DNA from: a virus
Taxonomy: Duplodnaviria; Caudoviricetes
Virus record (IMG/VR): IMGVR_UViG_3300042445_001485
Direction: 5' to 3' (one strand)
DNA: 64,000 nucleotides
Shown here: piece after piece, positions 35,982-46,124 of the stretch
Numbering within the stretch: the first letter of the stretch is position 1
How the letters are laid out: every line of letters begins with the position of its first letter
Notes under the pieces: model-generated
What the model was told of the DNA's origin: nothing
Databases searched by the model: none
The model's input: the letters and a program-made list of their open reading frames with translations, nothing else
Position numbers and translations under genes: made by a program

Positions 35982-38900
35982 TTAACTGATTGCGATCCAA
36001 CCGTAACGCACAGTGACATTACCGCCACTGGTGTTGTTGAGGCCAAAGTCAAATCTATTGGTAGTTGCACTGGGAGCCGTATTGCTACGAACTATGGTGT
36101 TGGCAGTGCCTGTAAACTGATTGGGTATGCTGACAAAGTCAATGGGTGTGCCGCCCCCGTTGTAGACCCAGGCATACTGAGCACCCACAACAGGCACATT
36201 GGTATTGCTAACAGTAGCCATGGCGTTCCAAACCAAGATACCATTGGGGATATTGCAATCAACCCACAACTGATATGTGCCTGATGCTGGAACAGTGAAA
36301 CTGTAGGTGTTGGTACCAGTGGTCACTGTCCAAGAGCCTGTGGTTTTTAAGGCAACTCCGGTTAGCCCTGAGCCGCTGCCACTTAGGGTACCTGTTGCTG
36401 TTATATTGCCGCCAACTGTAACACCAGTATTGGCCACTGTCATAGCAATTGCCGATGATGTTGTGCCGCCGGTAAAGAATTTAATAGTCTTGCCTGTGGT
36501 TGTTGTACCAATTGCTAGGTTACCACCACTTTGATTTGCATTGCTGGTGTTACCTTGTGCATAGATGTAGGAATCTGCGGCAAATACAATATTGCCCAGG
36601 CTATTACTTGGCGTAGTGTTATCGTATCCACTGTTGATAATACCTAGATCCAGAAAGTTAACTGTGTCACTGCCGTTATTGGCAGTCACAATATAATCTG
36701 CTGTGGCATCGTTACCACTGTTCTTGTTCTGCAGGGTCACCTGAGAATAATAATTAACATTGGCACTAAAACTAGCCACGGTGTTTGGTAAGAAGGTATT
36801 GGTCACACCAACAAACACATTGGCCGGAAGTGTAACATTGCCAGTATTATCAAACGTATATGAATAGTTACCAGCCACCAAGGTTACATTGCTACTTGTA
36901 CCAACAATATTGCCAGCCGCACTCACTGTCACATTAGTTAGGCCCGCCCCATTACCAACAAAATTAGTTGCTATCACATTGGCTGTGGTTGTGATATTAG
37001 CTGATGTGCTGATTGAAGTTACAAAGTTTTGTAGGTTGGCAATTACATTGGCATTGGCATAACTACTGGTGCCATAGTTCAAGTTGGCATAGGTATAAAA
37101 ACTGCCAATGTTGGCTGTGATAGCATTGATGCTGGTGGCCTGTGTGGCCGCATTGGAATACAATGTGCCAATATTGGCACCAATGTAGGCTTCAACGTTG
37201 GTGTTGCTGTATGTCCCAGTCACAGTGGACAGGATGTTTACACCATTGCCTTGGAATTTAAAATTCTCTGCACTGATGCTACTGAATCCAGAAATAACCG
37301 GAGCCGGACTTGATGCAAATCCAGCCACAATGCCCGAGCCCACCTTCAGGTATCCAGTTTCGGGTAATGTTAGGTTACCATTGGTGCCAAACTGCCAACT
37401 GTTTCGGCCTCCGATAACAATAATGAATGTGGCATCGGATGTGCCGCTTGTGACTGTTATAACATCGCCGTTGGTGTATCCTGTACCGGCAGTGGCTATA
37501 GCAATAGTACTGGCATATCCACCAGTCTCAGTGACATCTACAGTTAGTCCAGTTCCCGAGCCTCCTGTTGTGGCCAAGTTGGACCTGGGATTGACTTCCC
37601 AACTGCCAGTAGTGCTGTTGATAACAGCAACATTGGTTGGCACACCATTGGGAACCTTTATGCCCAATGCTTGGATGGTATCTATATTGCCAGTGGTGTC
37701 AAATGTCCAGGCCGCCTGAGCAGACAAATTTGCAGTGGTAGCTCGTATTTCTACGTTGCCGCCATCAACCAACTTGACATAGTGAAGGTCATTGCCAAGA
37801 TACAGTTCAGTTGAGCCGCCACCTGCGGTCAAGTGTACATGATCACCGTCTCCTGCCGCAGTTGGATAAATCAACAATGCTTGATTAGCATTGGCACCGC
37901 CTGCCGGTGTGAGTCGAATAGCACCAGTGAGTCCGCCACCTTCTGAAATGACGCCGCCTGCAGGAAATGTTGTAGTACCATCTGTGCCAAAAGCCCAGGT
38001 GTATCCGTTCTTGGCAATGTTGCTGGCAATGTTGCCTGTGTATGTGGGCAAGTATTCAGCCACATTACTATTAGTATATGTACCACCAATTCCCGCCAAT
38101 ATACTTGTGCCGTTTGCATAGGTAAAACTATTTGCAGAAATAACGTTGGTACTAAAATTGTTGACGACTGTCAGGTTTCCTGCGCCAACATTGCTGGTAG
38201 TGCTGGCTGACAAGTATGCGGCCACATTGGTGTTGCTGTAGGTTCCGCTTGCGGCTGCAATGGCCAGATTGGCCGCTGTGATGTTGGCCTGTAGGCTCGT
38301 AATGGCATCTGCTTGTACACCAGCATTGGCAGTCAATGAGACGATAGCATCAGCTTGTACACCTGCGTTGGCTTGCCAAGCAGTATTGGCCGCAGTGATA
38401 CTGCCGTACAGGCCAGCAACGTTGGCATTAGCCCAGATATAGTAGCCGCCCAGGTTGGCTTGTAATGTGTCTATTGCAGTGTTGGCGGCAGTTATGTTTG
38501 CAGTTATGTTGCCTAACCAAGTTACCATTACACCCGAGAAGTTGGCGTTGTTGCCCAATGCATTACCAATTTCCAATAGTGTATCTAGTGCTGTTGATGC
38601 TCCATTGGTTAGAGTACTGAGTTGAGTGTCAACATAACCTTTTACTGCTGTATTGGCTGTGATGATTGCGGCATTAGCACCAGCAATGGCATCTGCTTGT
38701 ACTCCGGCATTGGCGGTTAGTGATGTAATAGCATCTGCTTGTACTCCGGCATTGGCAACCAAAGTAGCAATATTTGCAGACTGTATACCTGCATTGGACC
38801 ATAGATTTGTGATTTGTAGATTAGCGGCTGTTACATTGGCGTCAATACCCGTGATGACATTGCTTGTTGTCAAGTAACTGGCCACATTGGAATTGCCAAA

Positions 38901-39236
38901 GTTACTGGTACCAAATGTGGTATTGGCATAAGTTTGAAATGCACTTAAATTTGCACCAAGATTGGCTGTTGTGGTGTTGGCATAAGTCTGGAATGCACTT
39001 AAATTTGCACTGAGGTTGGCAGTTGTGGTCTGTAGGTTGGCAATGTTTCCGGATAACTGATTAAATCCAGTTAGTGTGGACAGTACTGCCATACCGCCGG
39101 CTGTTACACCGTCCTGAACTCGAACTGTTTGTAATCCTGTGTCGACCAATAGCTCACCCAAGGGACCTATATAGTTTCCGGCCGCGGCTGTATTGCCACG
39201 TTTCATCAAGATCTGTGATATTCTGATATTGGCCAT
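35982..39236 (-). CDS. Long tail-fibre protein
   Basis: Mtd-N-like start (MKRGNTAAAGNYIGPLGELLVDT...VQDGVTAGG), Ala/Asn coiled-coil repeats, repeated W.F.T.G...P motifs. Confidence 0.8.
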   Translation of the reverse strand: MANIRISQILMKRGNTAAAGNYIGPLGELLVDTGLQTVRVQDGVTAGGMAVLSTLTGFNQLSGNIANLQTTTANLSANLSAFQTYANTTTANLGANLSAFQTYANTTFGTSNFGNSNVASYLTTSNVITGIDANVTAANLQITNLWSNAGIQSANIATLVANAGVQADAITSLTANAGVQADAIAGANAAIITANTAVKGYVDTQLSTLTNGASTALDTLLEIGNALGNNANFSGVMVTWLGNITANITAANTAIDTLQANLGGYYIWANANVAGLYGSITAANTAWQANAGVQADAIVSLTANAGVQADAITSLQANITAANLAIAAASGTYSNTNVAAYLSASTTSNVGAGNLTVVNNFSTNVISANSFTYANGTSILAGIGGTYTNSNVAEYLPTYTGNIASNIAKNGYTWAFGTDGTTTFPAGGVISEGGGLTGAIRLTPAGGANANQALLIYPTAAGDGDHVHLTAGGGSTELYLGNDLHYVKLVDGGNVEIRATTANLSAQAAWTFDTTGNIDTIQALGIKVPNGVPTNVAVINSTTGSWEVNPRSNLATTGGSGTGLTVDVTETGGYASTIAIATAGTGYTNGDVITVTSGTSDATFIIVIGGRNSWQFGTNGNLTLPETGYLKVGSGIVAGFASSPAPVISGFSSISAENFKFQGNGVNILSTVTGTYSNTNVEAYIGANIGTLYSNAATQATSINAITANIGSFYTYANLNYGTSSYANANVIANLQNFVTSISTSANITTTANVIATNFVGNGAGLTNVTVSAAGNIVGTSSNVTLVAGNYSYTFDNTGNVTLPANVFVGVTNTFLPNTVASFSANVNYYSQVTLQNKNSGNDATADYIVTANNGSDTVNFLDLGIINSGYDNTTPSNSLGNIVFAADSYIYAQGNTSNANQSGGNLAIGTTTTGKTIKFFTGGTTSSAIAMTVANTGVTVGGNITATGTLSGSGSGLTGVALKTTGSWTVTTGTNTYSFTVPASGTYQLWVDCNIPNGILVWNAMATVSNTNVPVVGAQYAWVYNGGGTPIDFVSIPNQFTGTANTIVRSNTAPSATTNRFDFGLNNTSGGNVTVRYGWIAIS
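38305..39035. repeat. In-frame coding tandem repeats of 42 nt and 54 nt in the tail fibre
   Basis: gcatctgcttgtac... at 38305, 38347, 38689, 38731; gcataagt...aatgcacttaaatttgcac at 38926 and 38980. Confidence 0.8.
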
Positions 39237-39237
39237 A

Positions 39238-39747
39238 TTACAGTGATCCGCCGTCTAGTGTGTATGTGTCTGATTCTGCAGGTGGTGTTGAGTTGGCATA
39301 GTAAGCTGGGAGAATCTCCAAATCTAAAGGAACACCGTAGTTGTCATCAATGTATACCGGACGAGTAACATCTGTGCTGGTAACTGTTGAACTAAACGCC
39401 AATTTGTAAAATCTTTGCTCTAATCCGTTGATTGTGTTGGCGTCAAATGTAAAAGTACCCTGTCCCAACTGTATGTTTCCGCCCACATTGGCATTGAAGT
39501 TAACAGCGTAGCTCTTTACTGTGAGCAAGTTAACCGGATCTTGTATGCTGGCAGTTACACTACTGCCAGTGAGATTGACCTTCTTCTGGTCTTGGTTCTT
39601 AACTACAACTTGTATGGGATTGTCTACACCTTGGTAAACTTTGATTGGGCGGCTGTACACGGTTCTATTCCTCACGGTGAATATTGCTGGGTCCATAATT
39701 TGAACCTCCGCAATTTGGTTTACTAAATATAGTTTGATAGTCTGCAT
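39238..39747 (-). CDS. Baseplate/tail-fibre adaptor-like protein (BppU-N-like)
   Basis: IKVYQGVDNPIQVVVKNQDQKKVNLTG Ig-like pattern; precedes the tail fibre. Confidence 0.6.
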   Translation of the reverse strand: MQTIKLYLVNQIAEVQIMDPAIFTVRNRTVYSRPIKVYQGVDNPIQVVVKNQDQKKVNLTGSSVTASIQDPVNLLTVKSYAVNFNANVGGNIQLGQGTFTFDANTINGLEQRFYKLAFSSTVTSTDVTRPVYIDDNYGVPLDLEILPAYYANSTPPAESDTYTLDGGSL

Positions 39748-39781
39748 TTTTTAGGCAATCTTTAACATATTTATAGCAAAA

Positions 39782-40156
39782 GTGGAAATAGATATTAAGG
39801 CATTATTAGCACAGTACCCGTATTTGACTTACATAGTTTATGGAGGAAACGACTATGTAGGCATTGTGCAAAATGCCGACGAACAAATCACCACCATTTA
39901 TGACTACGGTATCCTGCGTACCACCGAACAAAAAGCATATTTCCTAGAGCTAGGCGAGCAGTGGTGGTGGGAAAGCAACAGAATAATCCCAATCAATGTG
40001 TTTCTAAAACAAGATTGGGCCATTTTCAAGTTCTGTGTTAGAACCATGAACAGCAAAGATGTGGAAATCAAGTACGGCCCGCAGACCAGCCTGAAAGAAA
40101 TGGCCATGAAGCGTAGCAAGCGTCGTTCAATTACCTTGGTGCGTAAAACCAGTTAA
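39782..40156 (+). CDS. Conserved hypothetical protein
   Basis: YPYLT...YVGIVQN...TTIYDYG...WWWESNR.IPINVFLK. Confidence 0.65.
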   Translation: MEIDIKALLAQYPYLTYIVYGGNDYVGIVQNADEQITTIYDYGILRTTEQKAYFLELGEQWWWESNRIIPINVFLKQDWAIFKFCVRTMNSKDVEIKYGPQTSLKEMAMKRSKRRSITLVRKTS

Positions 40157-40743
40157 CTGTATTGGTAGCTGATGCCTTCGACAATCAAGTTGATGTGTAC
40201 CGCCACCAGGTGTGCGTAGGCCACAGCATGAGCCTTTTTAAACACATACCCGTCTTCTGTGGCCGTCCATATGGTTTCGGCCACTTTGTCCCAAGGCAGT
40301 CCAATTAGATTCCTTTTACCCGGGCGGATAATGGCCAGAAACATGGCCAGTCTGGGAATTGTGTTCACAGGCTCGGGCATTTTCATCAGTGTGTCGTAGT
40401 GATTGCCGATGTGTATCAGCAGACTACAAAAATCTCTGTCTTGTAACAAGTCCCATACAGGTTCTTGCGCCATCAATGCTGTAAGATGTTGCTCGTTTCT
40501 AATCTGCGTGTACAACGACACATTCAAAAAGTCTAGTTTTGTGTATCCACGGTCTTCGGCCACTTTGTAATCAATGCTGGCAATGCCTGTGAATGGATCT
40601 GTGGGAATGTCTGTTGCATACACACCAGTGTTGTGCCGGATCAAAGAACCATCACGCATGATGCCTGCAGGATGATACCGTAACAGATTCAACGCCTGTG
40701 TGCGATCTGCGAAATCAATATCAATGTCTGACTTAAATTTCAT
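40153..40743 (-). CDS. Miniature DNA polymerase III alpha (DnaE)-like protein
   Basis: SDIDIDF, HNTGV, KLDFLNV, LAIIRPG, FKKAHAVAYA motifs in only 196 aa. Confidence 0.75.
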   Translation of the reverse strand: MKFKSDIDIDFADRTQALNLLRYHPAGIMRDGSLIRHNTGVYATDIPTDPFTGIASIDYKVAEDRGYTKLDFLNVSLYTQIRNEQHLTALMAQEPVWDLLQDRDFCSLLIHIGNHYDTLMKMPEPVNTIPRLAMFLAIIRPGKRNLIGLPWDKVAETIWTATEDGYVFKKAHAVAYAHLVAVHINLIVEGISYQYS

Positions 40744-41440
40744 TTAATTTGTTCTCTAATAGATACTCAGCAAAGTCTAGATGTGCCGGTTCTGCATGAT
40801 GTCCATAAATTCCAAATTGGTCCGAATCGTAGGGAATATATCCTTTGATTATACTACAGTACTTAGAAAAACTAAAATCAAATATGTCCAGTACATTAGG
40901 GTCTGATTGCACTTGTTTGTAAAAACTACTGATAAATGGTGTAGTAAAGTCCGAAGATTTGAGAGACTGTGAGCCTTGCCAAATCAAATATTTTATATCA
41001 TTGTTTTTAAAAAACGCAGTTAATAAAATTATATCTACAAACAAGTTGGTATTGGCCGCTTCATCATTGTGGGTTTCGATATGTGCTCGTTGTAGTCGTT
41101 TTGCCGATTCGGGAACAACTGATCCGGGTTGGAAACTTGTAAAGTGCCCGTCATTGTTGGTTGCAATATCTCCCCAATATTCAGATCTATTGATATCACC
41201 CAATCCAATAATTGCAGTAATATCTGTATTTTGTTTTTTCAGGGATAACAAATCTCTTATAGTGGTTCTAACAATTCTACGGTTACAACTACCCCTTACC
41301 CCACTGTTGATCGCTTGGGTTGCATTTAGTGCAGATCCAATAAAGTCTACGTATGTTTTTCCGGTACTACATACACCATAACTATCGCTATTGGCATATA
41401 AAATCATAGTCCTGCCTCTGCCAGTACTGCCTTGGTCCAC
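40733..41440 (-). CDS. SGNH-like hypothetical protein
   Basis: ILYANSDSYG, GSCNRRIVRTT, GHHAEPAH; related in pattern to 17071..17796. Confidence 0.6.
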   Translation of the reverse strand: MDQGSTGRGRTMILYANSDSYGVCSTGKTYVDFIGSALNATQAINSGVRGSCNRRIVRTTIRDLLSLKKQNTDITAIIGLGDINRSEYWGDIATNNDGHFTSFQPGSVVPESAKRLQRAHIETHNDEAANTNLFVDIILLTAFFKNNDIKYLIWQGSQSLKSSDFTTPFISSFYKQVQSDPNVLDIFDFSFSKYCSIIKGYIPYDSDQFGIYGHHAEPAHLDFAEYLLENKLNEI

Positions 41441-42141
41441 TCAGTATCTGCCATATGGTCCACGAATTTGCGTTGCCAATAGTCCGGATCTATATAGGCA
41501 ATGATCATTGCTACTTGGTCTTCCATGAGTTGATCAAGAAACGCCACGCCGCTGGCACAATTGAATACAATCCAAGGACTAATGCGACCGGTAACAATAT
41601 GATGGCAAATACGATTACCATTACCATATCGAAAATAGTCATTAAATCCGTTTTTAAGCTCTGAGTGGTCATCGGCATAGTCTTGCATTTCCTTCAATGC
41701 CCGCTCTAAGGCATCTTGCACTGCTTCTCGTTTGAGATATTCTGGAAGCCACTCTGTATATAGTCGATCACTGCACCAATTATCTAACTTCTTATTATTC
41801 TTCAACAGCCAATCGCAGAAATTAATAAAGTTTATACAGCGAATGCCAACACAATAGCGACCAAACTTTACAAATGCATTGTAGTATGGACTGGTCGCAA
41901 AGTCATCGTATGTTTTCAACTTGGCACTGCCCTGTGCATATTCGTAAAATCGCAAGTATGCTCTAAGACCAAACTGTACACCAGTTTCCTTTTCCTGTTG
42001 CCATCTGCGTTTTTGCTCACACAGATGCACAGTTAATGTGCTTTCTTTGCGAAATTCTTTTTCGCAATAGCGACATTTATAGATCTGATTTAATTCGCTT
42101 GTCATCCCATCCATGTGCTCGTGCCAACTGTTTGAGGTCAT
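41404..42141 (-). CDS. Conserved protein with N-terminal C2H2-like Zn finger
   Basis: YKCRYCEKEF...LTVHLC; exact start uncertain because of overlap. Confidence 0.65.
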   Translation of the reverse strand: MTSNSWHEHMDGMTSELNQIYKCRYCEKEFRKESTLTVHLCEQKRRWQQEKETGVQFGLRAYLRFYEYAQGSAKLKTYDDFATSPYYNAFVKFGRYCVGIRCINFINFCDWLLKNNKKLDNWCSDRLYTEWLPEYLKREAVQDALERALKEMQDYADDHSELKNGFNDYFRYGNGNRICHHIVTGRISPWIVFNCASGVAFLDQLMEDQVAMIIAYIDPDYWQRKFVDHMADTEWTKAVLAEAGL

Positions 42142-42541
42142 CTGTGGAATTCAATTCCACCATTAATTGTATTTCATCCGACTTGGCTGTGGGGTATATT
42201 TCGCGCAGGAACCGGCTGGCTTTGTTTGTGTTTTCTTTTTTATTCCCGGCTAACCATTTGTGATATTGCTTGCCTATGCCTGGACTAACTGTGGTGGCCA
42301 ACAACCAGTGTAATTTTTTATGTTGTGTAGTACTGATGTCAAAGAAGTGTTTGTTTATTCGCTCATTGGCACTGATCAAGTAGTAGGCCTGTAGATCTGC
42401 ATCACCTTCTACTGTTGCACCCCACCGAATCATCAAGAAAGGACTAAACTTTTTCTTTTCATCTTCTGTTAAGTCGTCGTAAAAGTCGCGGTTCTTCCTA
42501 TCGAACTGCAACATTTCGTTTGAGATGGCCAGTTTATCCAT
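42077..42541 (-). CDS. Clamp-loader small subunit (T4 gp62-like)
   Basis: FSPFLMIRW...NERINKHFF...HKKLHWLL pattern. Confidence 0.65.
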   Translation of the reverse strand: MDKLAISNEMLQFDRKNRDFYDDLTEDEKKKFSPFLMIRWGATVEGDADLQAYYLISANERINKHFFDISTTQHKKLHWLLATTVSPGIGKQYHKWLAGNKKENTNKASRFLREIYPTAKSDEIQLMVELNSTDDLKQLARAHGWDDKRIKSDL

Positions 42542-42803
42542 TGTCTTTGATCAAGTGATAGGTTGCAATCACACGATCTACTTCTTCTTGTAGTGTAGCA
42601 TTGGTTCGTGCCAGGCGCCTGATTTCGCCCCACATCTGGTCTTCCTGAATATGGTCACGCAGGGGTCTACCATCAGGAGTTCGGCTATCGTAGTCCCAAC
42701 TTACCGGTGTACGAGTAGATGGATCTGCACCAGACTCTCTAGAATACACAATACCATCGGCTCGTTCGTATACGAGTGTCACACCTTCTTTAAGTCGTCC
42801 CAT
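42534..42803 (-). CDS. Hypothetical protein
   Basis: 89-aa ORF in operon. Confidence 0.6.
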   Translation of the reverse strand: MGRLKEGVTLVYERADGIVYSRESGADPSTRTPVSWDYDSRTPDGRPLRDHIQEDQMWGEIRRLARTNATLQEEVDRVIATYHLIKDNG

Positions 42804-42812
42804 AACATCTCC

Positions 42813-43316
42813 TTACCAACATTTACTGTAGTTTACTACTTCACTTTGCCTTGATATGTCTTTGACAAAGTAAGCACACAAGGGCTTGTCTGCATTTTCT
42901 TCTAGTGGTATGGCCAACATCTGTCCAGGCTTTAGTTTTGGAAAGTACCATTTGACATCCTGATAGATGTCTACAATCTCAACTGGTTTAAATTCCGGCC
43001 TAAAACTACTCATTGGGTTAAAACAAAACACACTAAAGCCACGATCATTGATACTGGTCAGCGGAACAACTTCTAAATCGCCCAGGTCAGGCTCACCTAT
43101 TAGTAATTGCCAATCCACCGGCATCTTAATAATGCTGTCGCCAATCTTTAACACCAGTGCAGGGCTATTGAAACTCTCTAAAAAGATCAGGGGAATGTAA
43201 AAGTAATCAGGTTCCTTGGGGTCGCTGTTGTCAAGTACACAAAATCTCAGATCCTCAACTTCGTCTGGGATTTCATTCATTTCAAAACTGCGATTGTCTA
43301 AGGTCAATATTCTCAT
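42813..43316 (-). CDS. Conserved hypothetical protein
   Basis: 167-aa ORF downstream of a TTGACT...TATAAT promoter at about 43338-43369. Confidence 0.65.
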   Translation of the reverse strand: MRILTLDNRSFEMNEIPDEVEDLRFCVLDNSDPKEPDYFYIPLIFLESFNSPALVLKIGDSIIKMPVDWQLLIGEPDLGDLEVVPLTSINDRGFSVFCFNPMSSFRPEFKPVEIVDIYQDVKWYFPKLKPGQMLAIPLEENADKPLCAYFVKDISRQSEVVNYSKCW

Positions 43317-43439
43317 AAGTTAAGTTCTTTGTTAAATGTATTATAATATAATGTATTAGTACTAGTCAACCATTTAGAGTGCAATGTCTGAATAGACAGG
43401 TTGCCGCTTGCGCCCGAGAAAAATACACAACAACCGACT

Positions 43440-44897
43440 CTACTGCCATTCTGCTTTCTCTGTAGAGAAGGGATAACTGGCTTCTCGATAAAAAGCCTTG
43501 CGTTTGGTCAAATGTCTCTTGGCAAATTTACATGTACTGGTGATATCCCAGATCTGGACGAAGTCTTTGTCTTCGGCTTTCCTAATACCTCGCCCAATTG
43601 ATTGTATAACCCTAACAAAGCTCTTTCCGGGCTCCACAAGAACCAAATTAAAAATCCTAGGGATATTAATACCCACAGCGGCCACACCGTAAGTCGCCAC
43701 AATAATCTTGTCATCGCTAATCGCAACATCATCGTACTCCTGTTTTCGATTCTTTGCTTTGGTTGATCCACTAACAAATACTGCTCTATCACCCAGGCGC
43801 TCCGTCAACATCTGCCCGGTGGCAATACGGTCTACCAACACTAGAGTATTGCCTGTTTCGTTTACACCGGTAACCAACCGGCTCATGTAGTCTAGTCGAC
43901 CTTCTGTTTCAGTCAAATACTTGAGCTCGTCTTGATATTCTCGGTACTCCACATGGTCTACCAACTGCACAATATTAACATGACAGTTGGCAAGATGGCC
44001 GGCTTGTTGTAGTTCGCTGGCACTGAGCCGGCCCACAACAGGACCTAGACTGCAAAAGATACTGACCTTTTCAAAGTCCTCTTTGGGAATAGTTCCTGTT
44101 AGTCCCCAACGAATTGGCACATGTGCAAACACCCCAGTCAATAAAGTCTTTAGTGCATCTGCTTTAGCCATGTGTACTTCGTCAACCATGATACAAACCA
44201 CACCTTCAATAAACTCACCTATAGTAACTTCTGCTTCGTAATTCTTTGTATTCTTTAACAAGATGTTTAGACTCTGCCAAGTACAGATGGTATGTGTTTT
44301 GCCAAACTCCTTGCGGTCTCCAAAGTAAACCCCAACATCTAGTCCTAGGTTAATATAATCTTCTTCTGTTTGTGTAACTAGACTTTTGTTGGGTACAATA
44401 ATGATACTGCGGCCATAGGCTTCGATGCTCCGACTCAGTGCGGCAGTCATAATGGTCTTACCTGCACCTGTGGCCACTTCCTGTACGCATTGAGGATTCT
44501 CTAGGAACCTGTTTAAGATCTCAACCTGGTAGTCACGTAACATGATAGGTTCGCCTTCAGCAGTATGTCCTTTGGGCCAAGGTGTGTCAGCAAAAGTATC
44601 CTCGGCAACTGGGGCCAAATCAAACTTGGTTGAGTATGTGCGTAGGTCTTCAACTTCAATGTCATAGCCCTCGCTGTCAAGGAATGGGATGATCTCGGGC
44701 AACAAGTTAATGTAAGTACTGCCACCTAATTGTGCAAACGCAACTTTACCATCCCACCGGCCTAATCGCACACTTGGTTGATAACGGGCACCAGGAATTT
44801 CGTACTTGAATTTATCTACCAGTTTCTTCCTAGTACTTAATTCTAAGCCTTCAATTTTGACATTAACTTCATCACGAATTATGAGTTTAGCCTGCAA
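43440..44897 (-). CDS. uvsW: SF2 helicase UvsW-like
   Basis: LRDYQ, ATGAGKT, VDEVH, GLTGT, VATYGVAAVGINIPR, QSIGRGIR. Confidence 0.92.
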   Translation of the reverse strand: MQAKLIIRDEVNVKIEGLELSTRKKLVDKFKYEIPGARYQPSVRLGRWDGKVAFAQLGGSTYINLLPEIIPFLDSEGYDIEVEDLRTYSTKFDLAPVAEDTFADTPWPKGHTAEGEPIMLRDYQVEILNRFLENPQCVQEVATGAGKTIMTAALSRSIEAYGRSIIIVPNKSLVTQTEEDYINLGLDVGVYFGDRKEFGKTHTICTWQSLNILLKNTKNYEAEVTIGEFIEGVVCIMVDEVHMAKADALKTLLTGVFAHVPIRWGLTGTIPKEDFEKVSIFCSLGPVVGRLSASELQQAGHLANCHVNIVQLVDHVEYREYQDELKYLTETEGRLDYMSRLVTGVNETGNTLVLVDRIATGQMLTERLGDRAVFVSGSTKAKNRKQEYDDVAISDDKIIVATYGVAAVGINIPRIFNLVLVEPGKSFVRVIQSIGRGIRKAEDKDFVQIWDITSTCKFAKRHLTKRKAFYREASYPFSTEKAEWQ

Positions 44898-46056
44898 GTT
44901 TCTTTACCTCGTTAGTCTTTCTATTATACACTTCAGATGCACAATATACAATCTTTTCGGCTTGCTGTAGCATGATCTCTTTCTGGCCGCCGTATATCAT
45001 ACCTGCTGTACTTATCAATAACGGAATTGTTGTATTAACCGGTTTAGTTATGTAGACCACTTTGGTCTTGCTATTGATTGCGTCTAAAACCGCGTTGTGT
45101 TTAACTTCAACAAGTTCTTCCTCAGCAAACATCAATTTAACTTTGTTTAATAGTTTATAACTTAAATCAGGTTCATAGATATACACAGGTAACCGATCAC
45201 AAGTAATAGCGTAGTCAATTATACTAGCAAAATTATCATCTGCTAACATTGTATTGGGATCTAGTTTGAGTTCTCTGTTGGTTAGTAAATGTGTAAACCT
45301 GTAACCATATTCCTGTGCCAATGCTGTTTCAAGATCAGGATGCAATGTATAACCCAATATACTGCTATAGTCTGCTAGTTGTAATAAATTATTGAATGTC
45401 AACTCACCTATGTATGTTGAAATATATTCAGTCAAGGACTCTGGCGCATTACATAACTGTAACTGATTGTCACTTACACTCAATTCAATTTGGTATTGGG
45501 TTGTTTCTGCGGCTAATAACAATTCGACTAGGTCTTGCACACTTGACACAATTTCAAATTTGTTGATACTGGCAAAGGTGGCGGTCCAAGTTAAGTTGTA
45601 CTCTGTTAATGCTACTTTCCATACCTTGTCGTCCGGACTCCATCGACACGAACCTTGGCTTTCTTTACCAAAAGTTCTTAGTTGGTCAATTAGATTAGTT
45701 TGGTATGGAAACTTTAACCATAACACATTATCGACGATGGTCAGACTACAACTGTAATCCATTGCTCTCAACGGGTGTCGAAAGATTGGAGTTTCCATTG
45801 GAGTAACATCAACACCTTTTTGTGCTAATTGTCTACGATAAGTTAATACTATTTTTTGTGCAAGGGTAGCCTGGCGTTCGGTTAATGCTGTTCCGGTCAT
45901 GACCTGTTCGCACATCTTGTTCACTACACTTACATCATATCGTGCCAAACTAATTAAAGGCTCGTTCAGCCAACCACCCACAAGTTTACCTGTAGCAGGA
46001 TCACGCTCGCCGGCTATTACTTCAATGTAATCTTCGATGGTTGCAAATTGATTCAT
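44887..46056 (-). CDS. Hypothetical protein co-transcribed with UvsW
   Basis: 389-aa ORF; TTGTGA-17-TACAAT upstream. Confidence 0.65.
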   Translation of the reverse strand: MNQFATIEDYIEVIAGERDPATGKLVGGWLNEPLISLARYDVSVVNKMCEQVMTGTALTERQATLAQKIVLTYRRQLAQKGVDVTPMETPIFRHPLRAMDYSCSLTIVDNVLWLKFPYQTNLIDQLRTFGKESQGSCRWSPDDKVWKVALTEYNLTWTATFASINKFEIVSSVQDLVELLLAAETTQYQIELSVSDNQLQLCNAPESLTEYISTYIGELTFNNLLQLADYSSILGYTLHPDLETALAQEYGYRFTHLLTNRELKLDPNTMLADDNFASIIDYAITCDRLPVYIYEPDLSYKLLNKVKLMFAEEELVEVKHNAVLDAINSKTKVVYITKPVNTTIPLLISTAGMIYGGQKEIMLQQAEKIVYCASEVYNRKTNEVKKLAG

Positions 46057-46095
46057 ATTGTTTATTGTAGCATAGTATTTACAGAATCACAAATG

Positions 46096-46124
46096 AAAAA
46101 GCCCCGAATGTTTCCACTCGGGGC
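46096..46124 (-). terminator. Rho-independent terminator
   Basis: gccccga-atgtttccac-tcggggc with T-run on minus. Confidence 0.75.

Noticed and set aside
34595-39236. Diversity-generating retroelement acting on the tail or lectin genes
   Set aside because: No reverse transcriptase in the window and no TR/VR pair differing only at adenines was seen; the two LamG repeats are diverged at all codon positions.
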